A DNA stretch of 64,000 nt from Bdellovibrionales bacterium (GTDB lineage Bacteria; Bdellovibrionota; Bdellovibrionia; Bdellovibrionales; UBA1609). The position numbers and the translations under genes are program-made. The stretch spans positions 192,001 through 256,000 of the forward strand of contig CBDHDF010000006.1 of assembly GCA_965261545.1 (NCBI GenBank), in the 5' to 3' direction. The notes below the pieces were generated by a model, which was not told where the DNA came from, made no database searches, and saw only the letters and a program-made list of their open reading frames with translations. This document shows, in pieces, positions 51,152 through 60,653 of this stretch. Positions within the stretch are counted from its first letter, which is position 1. Every line of letters starts with the position of its first letter.

Positions 51152-53530
51152 TTAGACTCTTTCTAGGGGGGTGAATTTAGCAATAAATTTTTTCATCCTT
51201 TTATTACGAAACATAATACTTATTTTGAGGCCATCGCCTTTGCCTTCCACTCCGCAGATAGAGCCTATACCAAAGGTGGGGTGACGAACCCGGATTCCCT
51301 TCTTATAGATACTTTCTAGATGGTTTGAATTGCTAAGATTGTTTTCGTAATCTGGTAGGCAATCAAAGTCATTTGAGTGTTGAAAGTCTTCTAAGTTTGC
51401 TGAATCTTCCAAATTTTTCGAGTTTTTTATGTTCCCATGCTTTTGTAGAAAGCGGGAGGAGGGTGAGTTTGGGGATGATGAACTGTGCGATAGTGAGCGG
51501 CGGCTGTCCCAGCTTGTGTATTCTTCAGGAATTTCTTCGATAAACCTCGACATAGTTTGGTATCGCTCTTGGCCCCAGATCGTTCGTAGGCGTGCACAGG
51601 TAAGAAAGAGTCTCTTTTGGGTGCGAGTCATTCCCACATAGGCCAGTCTTCTTTCTTCTTCCAAGGCATGATGTGTGTCTTCATCCTCATCAATAGCACG
51701 GCTTGTGGGAAAAAGGCCCTCCTCCATACCCACAATGAATACACTGGGAAATTCAAGGCCCTTTGAGATGTGAAGGGTCATGAGTGTTACGGCATCTACG
51801 CTTTCACTTTTTTGGTCTTCATCAGAAGAGACAAGAGACATTTGTTCGAGGAATTTTTGTAGGAGGCTGACTTGCGTTTTTTCTCTTTTTTCCGCATTCT
51901 TAGCTTCCCTAGCTTCTTTAGCTTCCTTAGCTTCTTCAACTTCCTCGATTTCTTCAAACTGCAAAATGGCATTGTGAAACTCTTTGAGGTTGTCAATGCG
52001 ACTTATGGCTTCTGGAGTATTTTCAATGTGTAGCGGTTCCATATATTGGGTGAGTTCTAGGATGAGCAGGTAGATTTCTGAAACTTTAGACGTGGGGATT
52101 TGTTTTCTCAAAGACTCTATAAGGTTATAAAAGGTTTGAAGGCTTTTATAGACCTTTCCTTGGAGAAGTCCCTCTGCTGTGGCATACTTGCAGGCTTCAA
52201 AGAGGCTTATCTTATTTTCGTGGGCCCATAGTTCGAGTTTTTCTACAGTGACCTTTCCAATTCCTCTTAGGGGAGTGTTGATGATTCTTTTGCAGGCGAT
52301 ATTATCGTTGGGATTAACCGCAAGCTGCATATAGCCTAAAATATCTTTGATTTCTTTGCGATCGTAGAATCTTATGCTTCCAACAAGTTTGTAGGGAATG
52401 GAGGAGTGGCGAAGTTGGTCTTCTAAAACGCGGGATTGAGCATTGGTTCTGTAAAAAATGGCAAAGTCTCTATAAGAGTCAGTTCCCTCACCTATCAAAG
52501 ATCGTATTTTCTGAACCACATAGTGGGCCTCTTGAAGATCGGTCATGTGTTCACTAATGGTTATGGGATCCCCTGCTGGAGCATTTGTAAAAAGAACTTT
52601 TCCTTTTCTCAATGTATTTTTGGCGACAACTTTGGAAGCTGCTTCGACAATATTTTTGGTGGAGCGATGATTTTCTTCTAGCTTGACGATTTTAGCATTG
52701 GGAAAGTCCTTTTCAAAATCGAGAATGTTATTGATATCAGCGCCTCGCCAACTGTAAATAGATTGGTCTTCATCACCCACGACACAAAGGTTTTTGTGTG
52801 TTGCAGAGAGGGATTTGACCAGAAGGTACTGCATGTGGTTGGTGTCTTGGTACTCATCCACCATAATGTATTGAAATCTTTCTTGAAAAAAGTGTAAGAT
52901 AGAGGGGTGGCTTTGAAAAAGCTCGTATGTTTTATAGAGGAGATCTGTAAAGTCAAGGGCGTTGGAGGCTTTTAGCTCAGACTCATATTCTGAGTAAATT
53001 TCAATTTCTCTTTTGTCCATGAGGTAGGGACTTCTGGTCTCTACATTCTGGGGGTGGAGTCCTTGGGTTTTGGCTTGGTTGATTTTTTCTTTGATAGCCT
53101 TGGGGGCATAGATTTTATCATTGAGATCAAGTCTTTTGAGGATTTTTCTAAGAACGCTAAGTTGGTCTCCATCAACATAAATGGTAAAGTTAGACTGGTA
53201 GCCGATGTGGTCAATGTACTGGCGTAGGATTTTTGCACAAAGTGAGTGAAAAGTGCTGATCCAAAGAGTCCCCATGGTGGGAATACCTATGCTGTGGAGA
53301 AGGTTTTCTGTGCGCTTCTTCATCTCCTTGGCAGCTTTGTTGGTGAAGGTCACGGCGAGGATTTGTTCGGTACTTGCCTCTCCTTGGCAGATGAGGTTGG
53401 CGACTCTGTAGGTGAGGACTCGAGTTTTACCTGATCCTGCTCCCGCAAGGATGAGTAGGGGGCCATGGAGGGTTTCTACGGCTTCTTGTTGGGGGGGGCT
53501 GAGTTGCTGGTAGAAAAAAGGTGAAGTCAT
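51152..53530 (-). CDS. uvrD: UvrD/PcrA DNA helicase
   Basis: AGAGSGKT, TFTNKAA, VDEYQDTN, VGDEDQSIY, EEERRLAYVGMTR, C-terminal Tudor-like domain. Confidence 0.93.
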   Translation of the reverse strand: MTSPFFYQQLSPPQQEAVETLHGPLLILAGAGSGKTRVLTYRVANLICQGEASTEQILAVTFTNKAAKEMKKRTENLLHSIGIPTMGTLWISTFHSLCAKILRQYIDHIGYQSNFTIYVDGDQLSVLRKILKRLDLNDKIYAPKAIKEKINQAKTQGLHPQNVETRSPYLMDKREIEIYSEYESELKASNALDFTDLLYKTYELFQSHPSILHFFQERFQYIMVDEYQDTNHMQYLLVKSLSATHKNLCVVGDEDQSIYSWRGADINNILDFEKDFPNAKIVKLEENHRSTKNIVEAASKVVAKNTLRKGKVLFTNAPAGDPITISEHMTDLQEAHYVVQKIRSLIGEGTDSYRDFAIFYRTNAQSRVLEDQLRHSSIPYKLVGSIRFYDRKEIKDILGYMQLAVNPNDNIACKRIINTPLRGIGKVTVEKLELWAHENKISLFEACKYATAEGLLQGKVYKSLQTFYNLIESLRKQIPTSKVSEIYLLILELTQYMEPLHIENTPEAISRIDNLKEFHNAILQFEEIEEVEEAKEAKEAREAKNAEKREKTQVSLLQKFLEQMSLVSSDEDQKSESVDAVTLMTLHISKGLEFPSVFIVGMEEGLFPTSRAIDEDEDTHHALEEERRLAYVGMTRTQKRLFLTCARLRTIWGQERYQTMSRFIEEIPEEYTSWDSRRSLSHSSSSPNSPSSRFLQKHGNIKNSKNLEDSANLEDFQHSNDFDCLPDYENNLSNSNHLESIYKKGIRVRHPTFGIGSICGVEGKGDGLKISIMFRNKRMKKFIAKFTPLERV

Positions 53531-53801
53531 CGAGTAGAATTACCCCACACTTCTTTTAGAAATGCAAGGAAAACCTCACAGATCCCCGCATGCGAATTTT
53601 GTCTTTAAACTTCAATTATTTAAAATTTAAAATATGTGTCTTGACATGGGTGGGGAAGAAAATGATAGATAAGGGGATAGAAAGGTTGATAGATAAATAT
53701 GTTATGATAGATTATAGGTAGCGAGTTATATTTAGATATTTAGAAAGGTAGAGAGAAAGTGGAGGGTTGTGTGTTTAAAAAGAATAGGAAGGATGGAGAA
53801 T

Positions 53802-54107
53802 ATGTCTAAGAAAAGTGCCAATGAGAAGAATGAGAGACGTAAGAAGATGGCGGCTCATTGGGGCCCTATTCGAGCTAAATTGCGAGCGGAGTCTGTGGAT
53901 ATGAAGCTTTCAGACGAGGTGCGAGAAGCGACTCGTTTGAAGCTGTCGAAGATGCCTCGTGATGGCGCACCGAATCGAGTTGTCAATCGTTGTGCCTTGA
54001 CAGGGCGTCCTCGGGGTTTCTTGAGGAAGTTTGGTCTTTCTCGCCTTGCTGTTCGTGAACTGGCCCTATTTGGGAAACTGCCAGGGGTCACCAAAGCTTC
54101 TTGGTGA
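53802..54107 (+). CDS. rpsN: 30S ribosomal protein S14, long Zn-independent type (101 aa)
   Basis: [32 protein letters not shown]; only one Cys. Confidence 0.93.
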   Translation: MSKKSANEKNERRKKMAAHWGPIRAKLRAESVDMKLSDEVREATRLKLSKMPRDGAPNRVVNRCALTGRPRGFLRKFGLSRLAVRELALFGKLPGVTKASW

Positions 54108-54281
54108 CTTTGTCAATTCCAAGTAGGTCATTGTAGATAGATTAGGAGGTGACATTAAGACGCGTGTAGTTGTAAAATTTTTTTAAATGGAGAATTAATA
54201 AAAAATCACTTACTTTTTTGTTTCGATACTGCTAAGAAGATGCAGTCAACGAATACATAAATCACAATGAGGTTAATAGTT

Positions 54282-54476
54282 ATGAGTGAAGGTACAGTAA
54301 AGTTTTTTAATGCTAGTAAAGGTTTTGGTTTTATCATTCAAGATAGTGGTAAGGATCTTTTTTTCCATGTTTCTGAGATTCAAGGTCAGGAGCCTCAAGA
54401 TGGGGATAAGGTGGAATTTGAAGTTGGGGAGGGCCGTAAGGGTCCCTGTGCTTTGAGTGTTAAGGTGATGGGTTAG
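54282..54476 (+). CDS. csp: Cold-shock protein
   Basis: GTVKFFNASKGFGFI, DLFFHVSEI. Confidence 0.93.
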   Translation: MSEGTVKFFNASKGFGFIIQDSGKDLFFHVSEIQGQEPQDGDKVEFEVGEGRKGPCALSVKVMG

Positions 54477-54484
54477 TAATAAGA

Positions 54485-54508
54485 AAGGCCCCAGGAGGGG
54501 GCTTTTTG
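54485..54508 (+). terminator. Intrinsic terminator after csp
   Basis: AAGGCCCC-AGGAG-GGGGCTT stem followed by T run. Confidence 0.7.
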
Positions 54509-54874
54509 AGTTTCAGTAAGCTCTTTATATTCAAATCAAATCAAACTTCTTAATTATAATTGATGCTGAGCGTTACTCGGCCCGGCCTTTATCGCTGTGT
54601 CAGTGTGACTGTGGAGGGCTCTATTCCTAATCTAGGAATGGGGCTTCTTTGCCAGTTTGCTTTCAGTTATGGTTGTGTGGCTTTGATTGAGTGAGGTTGC
54701 TCAGGGGCATGGTGTTGGTTCGCCTTTTGGGTTGCTTTATGTGAGGGAGTATAGAAGGTTGCAATACTTGCCATAATGTGTCATATTTTTACTTGTTTGT
54801 TAGTGTAAGTGCTTACATGCTTAAATACTATACAGTCGCTTTGAAGTTATTTATGAAACCCTTGCAGAGGTGGA

Positions 54875-55780
54875 ATGTTTTTTCAAAGAACCATTCAGAA
54901 ACGAGCGCATGTGAGTGGTTGTGGCTTGCACACGGGGAAGCCAGTGCAACTCACTTTTTGCCCCGCCCCCCCCAATATAGGTATTTATTTTGTTAGAAAA
55001 GACCTTAAGGGGAAGCCTGCAATTTCGACTCAGGCGGAATCTGTTCATGGGACGACCATGGCGACAACTCTTGGAGAGGGCTTGTTTTCAGTGGCCACTG
55101 TGGAGCACTGTTTATCCGTTCTCGCCGCCTTCCGTATAGATAACTTGTTTATAGAATTGGATGGGCCTGAAATTCCTATTGGAGATGGGAGTGCTCGTTG
55201 TTTCCTCCAAGCTATTTTGGAAGCTGGGATTGTGGATCAGGATCAACCTAGAAAATATGCTTATGTGGATCAACTGATTTATTATGGGAATGGAGAGAAG
55301 TACGCCTATGTAACTCCGTACAATGGGTTGCGAGTGACTTGCACCATTGATTTTCCTCACCCTCAAATTGGCAAGCAGACCTTAGACCTAGATATCAATG
55401 AGCGTACATTTACGGCAGAGCTAGCTCATGCTCGCACCTTTGGCTTCCTTAAAGATATTGAGGCCCTTCATGCTAAGGGGATGGCCAAAGGAGGCAGTCT
55501 CAACAATGCGGTGGTTTTAGATGAGAAAAATGTATTGAACCCTGAGGGACTGAGGTTTAAGGATGAGTTTGTTCGACACAAGATGCTAGATGCCCTTGGG
55601 GACCTTGTTACATTGGGTCGTCCTCTTATGGGTCACCTTGTACTTTATAAGCCAGGTCATCAACTCATGAATCGCCTTGTGCGCACCATTATCGATTCCC
55701 CAAGCACTTATCGAGATATAGAGTTGGGAGAGATGCACTCTGATAAAGCCCAGCTACCATTGAGTGCTATAATACTATAA
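54875..55780 (+). CDS. lpxC: UDP-3-O-acyl-GlcNAc deacetylase
   Basis: GCGLHTG, TVEHCLS, EIPIGDGSA, ARTFGF, FVRHKMLDALGDL. Confidence 0.96.
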   Translation: MFFQRTIQKRAHVSGCGLHTGKPVQLTFCPAPPNIGIYFVRKDLKGKPAISTQAESVHGTTMATTLGEGLFSVATVEHCLSVLAAFRIDNLFIELDGPEIPIGDGSARCFLQAILEAGIVDQDQPRKYAYVDQLIYYGNGEKYAYVTPYNGLRVTCTIDFPHPQIGKQTLDLDINERTFTAELAHARTFGFLKDIEALHAKGMAKGGSLNNAVVLDEKNVLNPEGLRFKDEFVRHKMLDALGDLVTLGRPLMGHLVLYKPGHQLMNRLVRTIIDSPSTYRDIELGEMHSDKAQLPLSAIIL

Positions 55781-55814
55781 TGCCAGTAGAAATGATGCTT
55801 GGTCTAGGAGAGAT

Positions 55815-56927
55815 ATGATTATAGGTGTTCCAAAGGAAATCAAAATTAGTGAGAGCCGGGTGGGGTTAACTGAGTCTGGAGTGAAGCAACTTATTATTGA
55901 AGGGCACACTGTTTACATAGAGGACCAAGCGGGAGTTGGTTGCCGAATTTCCAATGAAGCCTACGAGGCGATGGGGGCTAAGATTCTTCCCTCAGCAAAA
56001 GAGGTCTACAATTGTGCGGATATGATTGTGAAGGTCAAGGAGCCTCTTCCCGATGAATATGATCTCATGAGAGAGGGACAAATTCTTTATACCTATCTTC
56101 ATTTAGCGGCAGAGCCAAAACTTACCCGTGCCCTTTGTGAGAACAAAGTTAAGGCTGTGGCTTACGAAACGATTCAAATGGCGGATGGAAGCCTCCCCCT
56201 ACTTAAGCCTATGAGTGAAGTGGCTGGAAGAATGGCCACGCAAGTGGGTGCTTTTTATTTGCAAAAGGACAATGGTGGTCAAGGTATTCTTTTAGGAGGT
56301 GTCACCGGGGTTCATAAAGCTGTGGTCACTATTATTGGTGGAGGTGTTGTTGGGACCAATGCCGCAAAGATGGCTATAGGGCTCGGTGCCGATGTGACAA
56401 TTTTAGATACCAATACCAATCGCTTGGAGTATTTAGATGATATTTTTCAGGGTAAAATTCGCACTCTTTACTCCAATACTCAAAATATTGCGGCACGAGT
56501 AGAGAAATCCGATCTTGTGGTGGGGGCTGTTTTATTTACGGGCAAGAAGGCCCCCATGCTGGTGACCAGGGAAATGGTTCATAGAATGGTCTGTGGGAGT
56601 GTTGTGGTGGATGTATCTGTGGATCAAGGGGGTTGTATTGAAACCTGTCGACCCACCAGTCATGCCTCTCCTACCTATGAGGAGGGAGGAGTTATTCACT
56701 ATTGTGTGCCTAATATGCCAGGGGTGGTGGCGAGAACATCCACTTATGCCCTCACCAATGCGACTTTCAAGTATTGCTCTATGCTGGCATCCATGGGAGT
56801 GGAAGCTGCTGTGAGTGAAGACCCCGCTCTTTACAAGGGACTCAATTGTTACGGTGGTTATGTGACTTATGAGGCTGTCGCCAATGATTTGGGTATGGAG
56901 TACAGGGATTTCAAGACTTTGATTTAA
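55815..56927 (+). CDS. ald: Alanine dehydrogenase
   Basis: IGVPKEIK, KVKEP, YLHLAA, PMSEVAGR, GGGVVG, HYCVPNMPG. Confidence 0.96.
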   Translation: MIIGVPKEIKISESRVGLTESGVKQLIIEGHTVYIEDQAGVGCRISNEAYEAMGAKILPSAKEVYNCADMIVKVKEPLPDEYDLMREGQILYTYLHLAAEPKLTRALCENKVKAVAYETIQMADGSLPLLKPMSEVAGRMATQVGAFYLQKDNGGQGILLGGVTGVHKAVVTIIGGGVVGTNAAKMAIGLGADVTILDTNTNRLEYLDDIFQGKIRTLYSNTQNIAARVEKSDLVVGAVLFTGKKAPMLVTREMVHRMVCGSVVVDVSVDQGGCIETCRPTSHASPTYEEGGVIHYCVPNMPGVVARTSTYALTNATFKYCSMLASMGVEAAVSEDPALYKGLNCYGGYVTYEAVANDLGMEYRDFKTLI

Positions 56928-56928
56928 T

Positions 56929-57322
56929 GTAACTGCTCGCACCCCTTCTACACCAGACTTTTAGCCTAAAGACCATTTTTATACTAAAGTATTGATTCTC
57001 AAGCCTCCCCATTTAATAATTCTTTCGTGAATACAAGAAAACAATCCTTACGAAGCGAAATTGAAAACCTCCAGAAGGAATCTAAGAAGATTCTTTCTGA
57101 CAAGAGTATCCCACGAGAGACTAAACTATTTATTCAGTCCATGCTGACCATTATCACAGTTGTAGTGACTTTATTTTTGGAAAAAAAGACTCGTAAAAAC
57201 TCCAGCAATAGTGGGCTGCCCCCTTCTCAGAACTCTGGTAGCAATGGGAACCGTAATAAGGAAGGGGCTGAGGAAGACAGCAAGAAAGGATCAAGGCTCG
57301 ATAACAGTAAGGACACAGAGAG
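56929..57322 (+). mobile_element. IS66-family element remnant: left end plus 5' of transposase (ORF from 57027), cut by IS4
   Basis: Starts GTAACTGCTC (IS66-type end); KTRKNSSNSGLPPSQ motif. Confidence 0.75.
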
Positions 57323-57335
57323 CAATGCCGTTTCC

Positions 57336-58265
57336 TTAAGCCACCACACCCCTCTGCCTCTGCGTTAAGCTATTTCTTTTAAAAGAACTCCCAGCCCTTT
57401 TGATAGACCTTTCATAGCTTCTTTTGAAGTGCCTCCTCTTCTCCATTGAAATCTTCATCAGCAACTTTATCTGCTTCCTAAATTTCTGATAGAGCCCCGC
57501 AACAAAAAGGGGGATGCTATCCATTATGAAATCAAGAATCAGTTTAAAGTTAGGTTTTTTGTAGTCATTTTTTACCAACTGATTCACACTGTCTTCATCC
57601 TCATTTATGCTCATTTGAATCTTTGTATAATTGAAGAGCCAAAAATAAGAATACAGCTCTTGCAATATTCCATTAAGGCTTGTTGAGTGCCACTGCTCCA
57701 TTTTCATTGTCGATGTAAAATCACGAAATGTCGTTTCTATTTCCCAACGACGAGAGTAAAGAGCAACCATATCCTTCTTGTCCAAGGAGCCATGCGGAAG
57801 ATTAGTGGCCAAAACAGAGAACTCCCCAGTCTTTGGGTTTTTATACTTATAGAGATGAATGACCACCCCCTCAATAACCATTTGTGAATACCAACCTGGG
57901 CCATTAAATAAATTTACGATGGGGATAAAAGTAGAGCCTCGCTTACAACGCGCAATAAAGAAGTTACTGGCTTGAGCATGGGCCTTAATAATCTCTGTAG
58001 ATAAATAAAGCCTATCGTAGAGAGTTATGCTATTACTCTCAAAACTACCTATCATTTGAATAGCATTGGCGATTTCGTTGAGAGCGGGAGAATAGCAAAG
58101 ATTCTTTGTCACACCCGATAAAACGTCATAAGCATGAGATAGATACATACGTAAGAAATGAGTTTCCATCTCATTTGGGCAAGGGTACCCACAATAACCC
58201 TCCTTTAAAAGATCTTTAGAGCGAGGAAGTGCTAATTGGTCGCCATCTATGGCATAGATATAAAA
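57336..58265 (-). pseudogene. IS4 transposase, 3' part (5' part at 59987-~60364)
   Basis: FYIYAIDGD, LYDRLY, YSRRWEIETTFR; removing ISL3 gives in-frame RKRFHGFYIYAIDG. Confidence 0.85.
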
Positions 58266-59986
58266 GGGTATATCCGAGTTTCTCAACAGAAAATGGGCCT
58301 AATTTCGACGTTGCAGAATTACCGCATTAAAAACCAAGAAAATAATTCAATTTCCATGATTTATCCCCCTCATTACTTTACCCATAACAAAACCATGGTT
58401 TAATCTCTTAATTTACTTATTGGAAAATAATACAGGAGATGCCATGGTCTTGAATAAGTTTATTATAAAGATGTTGAAATTATCATTCTTAAAAGTGACT
58501 TGGGTTAAATTTAAAAATCGAAATCAAGAACTTCACTTAGGGGTTAAACCCCATAAGAATGGCTGCCGCTGTCCTCATTGTGGACGCCGCTGTAAGATAC
58601 TTAGATGCTTAGAAGAAAGAGTGTGGCGAGATATCGTCGTGTGCGGTACCCCCATTTATTTCCATTATTCTCCGAAGGAAGTTCTGTGTCCCACTCATGG
58701 TCGTATTATGGAGAGAATTCCTTGGGCCGACCACTTCAGTCGAGTCACCTATCGTCTGGAACTAACAATTCTGACCCTGACCAAGCAGATGACCCAAAAA
58801 GCCGTTTCAGAGCTTGTCAAGATACCCACATCCACCTTATCTGATCTTATTCATCGAATCATCCACAGGGAACGAGATGGTCACAAAATTCGTGGTTTGG
58901 AGGTCATTGGAGTCGATGAAATTTCTTATGCTAAGGGAAGGAAGTTTATTACCTTGATTTACGACATGAAGAAAGGCTGTGTCGTTTGGATTGGAAAAGG
59001 TAAGGGTAAGGAGACAATAGACTCCTTTTTTACAAAGGAACTCAGCCAATATCAGCGAGACAAAATTAGAGTGGCTTGTTGTGATATGGCTCAAGGCTAC
59101 ATCTCCTCTATCAAGGAGCATTGTAAGAATGCTACTCTCGTTTTGGACAAATTTCACATTATTCAATCCCTCAACAGGGCTGTGGATGAGGTGAGAAAAG
59201 AAATTTGGAGAGATGCCTGCAAGAAGGACAGAAAGGCTATTAAGGGAACTCGCTGGTTGATAGCCTACAGTTCATCCTCTCGTAGTAAGGCCCAAACTCG
59301 TAAAATTAACCTCATGGAGAAATCTAACAATAAAATATTCAGAGCATGGCTGCTTAAAGATAATTTTGAGCATTTCTGGGATTATGTGAGTCCAGGTCAT
59401 GCTGCGAATTTTCTGAATGCCTGGATCACTCGTGCCTTAAGATCACGCATTGATTCTATGAAAAAGTTTGCCTTGATGCTCAGGAAGCACCAAGAAAATA
59501 TTCTTTCCTTCATTAAAGATCCTGTCACAAATGCCAAGGCTGAGGGAATCAATCGCCTTCTAAAGATCATAAAAAATCGGGCTTCAGGATTTAAGAACCT
59601 ACAGGGTTTTGAGAATATGATTTACTTGTGTGCTGGGGATTTGGATATTGTTGGAAGTTTCCCCAAGCGTTTTTGTACATTATAGTTTTTATTGTCGATC
59701 AACATTTCTTTTTCCAATTCACCTCCCCATACTAACTCCGCCAAGATGAGTCAGTTATCCACAGACTCATCCATGGCGACGCTGCGGCTATGGCCCTCGG
59801 AGCCACAATAAAGCAGCGCTGCTGTGGGTGAGTCTTGTGGATAACGGCGGCTCTCCACACAAGTGATTTGGTAGCCCTGTCCTCCGTGTTTTTATGTACA
59901 AATCTTAGGAATAACCTGTACATCCAGTTTTTAGCTATTTCCCTAGGGAATTTGGACTTTAGGCTCCGAGAAACTCGGATATAGCC
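58266..59986 (+). mobile_element. Intact-looking ISL3-family element (1721 bp)
   Basis: 19-bp TIR GGGTATATCCGAGTTTCTC / GGCTATATCCGAGTTTCTC; 8-bp TSD ATATAAAA at 58258-58265 and 59987-59994. Confidence 0.93.
58444..59685 (+). CDS. ISL3 transposase
   Basis: CPHCG, IGVDE, CCDM, LDKFH, TNAKAEGIN..IK.RASGF. Confidence 0.93.
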   Translation: MVLNKFIIKMLKLSFLKVTWVKFKNRNQELHLGVKPHKNGCRCPHCGRRCKILRCLEERVWRDIVVCGTPIYFHYSPKEVLCPTHGRIMERIPWADHFSRVTYRLELTILTLTKQMTQKAVSELVKIPTSTLSDLIHRIIHRERDGHKIRGLEVIGVDEISYAKGRKFITLIYDMKKGCVVWIGKGKGKETIDSFFTKELSQYQRDKIRVACCDMAQGYISSIKEHCKNATLVLDKFHIIQSLNRAVDEVRKEIWRDACKKDRKAIKGTRWLIAYSSSSRSKAQTRKINLMEKSNNKIFRAWLLKDNFEHFWDYVSPGHAANFLNAWITRALRSRIDSMKKFALMLRKHQENILSFIKDPVTNAKAEGINRLLKIIKNRASGFKNLQGFENMIYLCAGDLDIVGSFPKRFCTL

Positions 59987-60468
59987 ATATAAAAGCCATG
60001 AAACGTTTTTCTCAATGGTTCGTAGTCTGTAATCAGAGATTCAAAGATATTTTTAAAAAATAGGTAAGAAATACTTTGACGTATCTTGCTGAGACTGCTT
60101 TTGACTGGCATGAGAAGCAGGTCACCAAAATGAGTCCATACCGTCTTAAGAGCGATTTGGTAGCCTTCGTAATTTGTTCCGGAAATAAGATAGATAATAG
60201 TAAAAAAGAAAATTTGAGGATTAAATTTTCGATTCCTTTTTTGTTTTTCTGGATCGACAAGGTGCTCTGGCTTGAAGGAAGAATCAAGTTTTGGTAGAAT
60301 AAAATGGTCATCTGTGACGCGAACTCGTCATTTGGGGGCTTTCGAGATCAATATTGGATTGCATGTGACTTACTCCTTGGTTGAGGGTTGGGTGTAAAAT
60401 AAAACAAGTCTTATTCTTGTCGATTTATCTAATAATTTCAAGAGATTTTTCTTAAGGAAACGGCATTG

Positions 60469-60653
60469 CGCCCTGGACGGAATCCGTAGCTATAACCGAG
60501 GAAATGTTCCTCGTAGATGGGAGAGAGGATGCTGTCTACAACGGCCTTCTGGACAATCTTGTCCTCCAAGGCCAGGACACCCAAGGGTCTTGTGCCCCCG
60601 TCTGACTTGGGTATTTCTACCCGCAAGACAGGTTGCCCTTTGTAAGCACCCGT
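60469..60653 (-). pseudogene. Group II intron reverse transcriptase, second fragment (cut by IS4)
   Basis: GAYKGQPVLRVEIPKSDGGTRPLG..EDKIVQ..YE..F.GYSYGFRPGR. Confidence 0.9.

Larger units (their letters stand above)
57323..60468 (-). mobile_element. IS4-family element interrupted by ISL3
   Basis: Perfect 18-bp TIR CAATGCCGTTTCCTTAAG at 57323-57340 and 60451-60468; no target duplication. Confidence 0.9.

Noticed and set aside
60033..60311. 92-aa (-) and 73-aa (+) ORFs
   Set aside because: Alternate frames over the 5' part of the IS4 transposase
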